This document shows positions 61,181 to 64,000 of a DNA stretch of 64,000 bases, piece by piece. The stretch comes from Bacillota bacterium. GTDB lineage: Bacteria > Bacillota > JAAYKD01. Numbering within the stretch: position 1 is the stretch's first letter; every line of letters begins with the position of its first letter. The notes below the pieces were generated by a model. The model had not been told where the DNA came from and made no database searches. It worked only from the letters and a program-made list of their open reading frames with translations. The position numbers and the translations under genes are program-made. Location: assembly GCA_963666425.2 (NCBI GenBank), contig OY762825.2, forward strand, positions 1,568,001-1,632,000, written 5' to 3'.

Positions 61181-61702
61181 TTATTCTGCCGGTAAATCTC
61201 TGCAATAAGTCACTTTGGCATCGCCGTCTTCGTAAAAATCCGGGAATCTGCCGATTTCCAGATAGCCACAGCGCTCATAAAATCGCCTCGTGACGAAATA
61301 TGCCTCCTGCGAGGAAGTTTCAACGTATATTTTCTGACCGCCGCGGGTTTTGATTGCTTCCTCTGTCTTACGCAGCAGTTCGCGACCCAAACCTTTGCCC
61401 TGACAATTTTTCTTCACCACAATCCAGTAAAGATCATAGCGTCCGCGCGTGCAGGGGATTTCCCCAAAGCAGGTGAAACCGACGATTTCCCCCTCCTGCT
61501 CGGCAAGAAAGAAATGATACCCACTGGTCTCAGACCCCTTACTGAGATTTTCATCTGCCAGCTCTCCGGCAATTTCCACCTCATAATCATGAAAAGCCGC
61601 CACGGAGGCGGTCAATTCCCGAATGATTCGCTGCTCACCGGGTTGTAAATAAGTCCGAAAGCGCATGGCTGCAAACTCCGAAGCAACTGCTCTGTTTTTC
61701 AC
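61181..61702 (-). CDS. GNAT family N-acetyltransferase
   Basis: YDLYWIVV, QGKGLG, VETSS..Y..TRRFY, DFYEDGD; GTG start after a GGAGG RBS. Confidence 0.88.
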   Translation of the reverse strand: MKNRAVASEFAAMRFRTYLQPGEQRIIRELTASVAAFHDYEVEIAGELADENLSKGSETSGYHFFLAEQEGEIVGFTCFGEIPCTRGRYDLYWIVVKKNCQGKGLGRELLRKTEEAIKTRGGQKIYVETSSQEAYFVTRRFYERCGYLEIGRFPDFYEDGDAKVTYCRDLPAE

Positions 61703-61718
61703 ATTTTTCGCCTCCCCA

Positions 61719-62702
61719 CTAAACCGCTTCCACAATCGCCTTGACGATTTCCTGAAAATCCAAACCCTTGTGTTTGGCGATATGATAAAATCCATAATAA
61801 CTGGGGTTGCCGTTGATCTCCAGAACCCAGGGCTTTTGATTTGAATCAATTCTAAAATCAATTCTGGCGTGTCCCCGCAGCCCAAAAATTCGCCAACACA
61901 GTAAAGCGATTGTTTCGAGTTCCCGCAGCAGATTTTCCTCCCCAGGCAAATCGTAAACGGCTGTTACATGATCATAACCGTAGCTTTTCTCTTCCCATTT
62001 GGCGGCATAATCGAAAATCCTCGCCATACCCAGGGCCTCATAGCCTTCAAATTTCCATTCGTACGGCTGCAGTGCGATGGGATGATCCTGATCTCCGTAG
62101 AGGCAAACGTTAAATTCCCGGCCATCGATATAGCGTTCCGCAAAAAATAAGCGGCCGAATCGTTGCTCCCTGTCACAGATCAGCTGTTCGAGCTGCCAGG
62201 AGTCCATCGGATTGACCACGGAATCTTCCGCCAGACCAATGGAGGCATCCTCGGAGACCGCCTTGATAATATATTGCTCCCCCTGGCAGAATCCGGCAGA
62301 CGATGCATGACTGACCCATTCCGGCGTGCTGATGCCAGACTCGCGCAAAATCTCTTTCGTCTTGATCTTATCCGTCGTGAGATAAAGTGCTTCGTAAGAG
62401 CAACCCGTGTAGGACAATTGCAGGTCGTTCAGCAAAGCGGGCAGCCGGTAGGCCAAATCCGCCTGACCGGGAGCAGAATCCACCATGTTCAGGATGAGCA
62501 AAGCCTGACCGTCTTTGTCGGAGACGATTTTCTTTAAATCCAGCAGCTTTTCGGTTGTAAACTCGGCCGTCGAAACCTGATAATCGGACTGCGCCAATAC
62601 CTCCGCAATCCAGAATGCCTGCGTGCGATTGTCCAACACATCCTCCGGGGTATCCGCTTCCACTTGGTTGTATAAGACGACCAGATTCTTTTTTTCATTC
62701 AT
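61719..62702 (-). CDS. ATP-grasp ligase, D-Ala-D-Ala ligase-like
   Basis: YTGC, DKIKTK, EDASIG, ERYIDGREF, YAAKW, ARIDFR and LEINGNP motifs. Confidence 0.85.
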   Translation of the reverse strand: MNEKKNLVVLYNQVEADTPEDVLDNRTQAFWIAEVLAQSDYQVSTAEFTTEKLLDLKKIVSDKDGQALLILNMVDSAPGQADLAYRLPALLNDLQLSYTGCSYEALYLTTDKIKTKEILRESGISTPEWVSHASSAGFCQGEQYIIKAVSEDASIGLAEDSVVNPMDSWQLEQLICDREQRFGRLFFAERYIDGREFNVCLYGDQDHPIALQPYEWKFEGYEALGMARIFDYAAKWEEKSYGYDHVTAVYDLPGEENLLRELETIALLCWRIFGLRGHARIDFRIDSNQKPWVLEINGNPSYYGFYHIAKHKGLDFQEIVKAIVEAV

Positions 62703-63097
62703 TTTGTATCCTGTTCCAAGACATCAAACCAAAGCGGTTCCATGTCATCCACAATTCCGTTATAATTAATGGTGATTTCTTCGCCGGCTGCTATCTTCTG
62801 GACCGTGACAAATTCAATGATTTGTTCCTTTTGTTGGCGAAAAAAACGTGCATTGGGATGGTAAGAGTGGTTGAATAAAGAGCCGACACCCAAGGCCAAA
62901 GCACCATCCTCTAAATTTTCTCCCCAAAAATAACAATAGGGGTAAAAAACCGTATCCTCCAGGTGAGTCCAGGTCTCTTTCGCAAACGTGATCACCGGCG
63001 AACGTTCAATTATTTCACCTTGCTGGAAATCCCTTGCGGCAAACACCCCGCGCCCCTTGCCCTTGACATTTTTAATCACAACAGACACATACAACAC
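62699..63097 (-). CDS. SET domain protein (putative lysine methyltransferase)
   Basis: GKGRGVFA, LFNHSYHPN and GEEITINY motifs. Confidence 0.88.
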   Translation of the reverse strand: MLYVSVVIKNVKGKGRGVFAARDFQQGEIIERSPVITFAKETWTHLEDTVFYPYCYFWGENLEDGALALGVGSLFNHSYHPNARFFRQQKEQIIEFVTVQKIAAGEEITINYNGIVDDMEPLWFDVLEQDTK

Positions 63098-63102
63098 ATC
63101 CT

Positions 63103-64000
63103 CTAAATCAGCTCAGAAATCAGACTCTGAATTAAATTGGTATAAGAATAACCCATCGTTTGCGCTGAAAGATAAAAACCTGCGCCATTGTCTGATAAGC
63201 AGGGATTAGCATTGATCTCCAGCAGCCAGGGGTTTCCTGCCGAATCCACCCGGTAATCGTATCTGGTATAACCTTTGATCACAAAATGATACCAACACTG
63301 CAAGGAAATCGCTTTGATCTTCTCCATCAGAGCGCGATCGGTACTGTCAAAATGGACGGTTGCTCGTGAGTTTTGATATTCAAAACTATTAACCTGCCAT
63401 TTTGAATTGTAGTCCAGGATTCTTTCCTTTTGACAGGCTTCATAACCGAGAAAATGAATTTCACTGGGTGACAGAACCACCACATCTCCTTTTTCAGACA
63501 TCATCGGAAGATTTATTTCCCTGCCTTCAATATAGCGTTCCGCAAAATAGGGCATGCCCGTCGCGCTTTCCAGCTGCTGTAATTCACATCTCAATTCCGC
63601 AATGTTTTCTGCTGTGACCAGTGAATTCTGGCTGACCCCCACCGAAGCATCTTCATAGATCGGTTTCAATATGTATTTCTGCTTGGCTGTGAAACCGCGC
63701 TGCTCGGTTAAACTGACCCAGGCCGGAGTTGGAATTCCCAATTTCTCCAAACACTTTTTGCAGAGAATCTTATTCGTCGTAAGCTGCAGCGTATGAGCTG
63801 TGCAGCCTGTATATTTGATCTGCATTTCTTCATAAAGATCAGAGGCCAAGTAACTCAGTTTTGCTTCTCCGGCCAAGGCCTCCACTAAATTGAAAATAAA
63901 CAAAGGCGCCAAAGGCTGCAGATTGTTCAAAATACGCCGTAAATCTTCCCGATCGCCCTGCACCGGCTGCAGCGCAACCGTATAGCCAAGTTTTCCGAGT
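63103..64000 (-). CDS. ATP-grasp ligase, D-Ala-D-Ala ligase-like; 5' end probably beyond the window
   Basis: FNLVE, YTGC, KPIYEDASVG, ERYIEGRE, RYDYR and LEINANP motifs. Confidence 0.85.
   Translation of the reverse strand, partial: LGKLGYTVALQPVQGDREDLRRILNNLQPLAPLFIFNLVEALAGEAKLSYLASDLYEEMQIKYTGCTAHTLQLTTNKILCKKCLEKLGIPTPAWVSLTEQRGFTAKQKYILKPIYEDASVGVSQNSLVTAENIAELRCELQQLESATGMPYFAERYIEGREINLPMMSEKGDVVVLSPSEIHFLGYEACQKERILDYNSKWQVNSFEYQNSRATVHFDSTDRALMEKIKAISLQCWYHFVIKGYTRYDYRVDSAGNPWLLEINANPCLSDNGAGFYLSAQTMGYSYTNLIQSLISELI

Noticed and set aside
61703-61885. N-terminal extension of the GNAT ORF in the track
   Set aside because: It overlaps the ligase gene; the GTG at 61702 with a GGAGG RBS is the better start
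56936-64000. tRNA-anchored genomic island
   Set aside because: The accessory-looking genes lie on the 5' side of the tRNAs; no integrase or duplicated tRNA 3' end is in the window
61719-64000. Vancomycin resistance (van) ligases
   Set aside because: No vanH/X/Y/R/S genes nearby, and the canonical Ddl/Van N-terminal motif is absent from the complete ligase

Overview
Chromosomal window from a Firmicutes (Bacillota)-type bacterium, inferred from T-box control, sigma-A promoters, rpoE-pyrG, SLH domains and walRK-yycHIJ-rlmH. Most of it is housekeeping: T-box-controlled type 2 ileS with a GVHH motif, a Crp/Fnr-NitT/TauT ABC operon, a P-type ATPase with two TrkA/RCK genes, the citrate lyase operon, uppP, ispD, an S-layer-like gene, argS, tdh, rpoE, pyrG, peptidases/OppA, murA, the wal operon, and tRNA-Gly/Thr. 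The most notable signal is two near-identical 1498-bp IS110 elements (22171-23668, 23869-25366). Each splits a GTAG-type REP palindrome at a CT/AG core. Their non-coding left ends contain a readable bridge-RNA-like target loop whose two guides match the REP flanks, and circularisation would create a junction promoter. An uninterrupted version of the target lies in a REP mosaic array at 38.76-39.36 kb. Nearby are an orphan inverted copy of the IS left end and an AbiE-like gene pair with an operator. The right edge carries an uncharacterised ATP-grasp / SET / ATP-grasp / GNAT operon. All calls were made by eye from motifs; no database searches were run.
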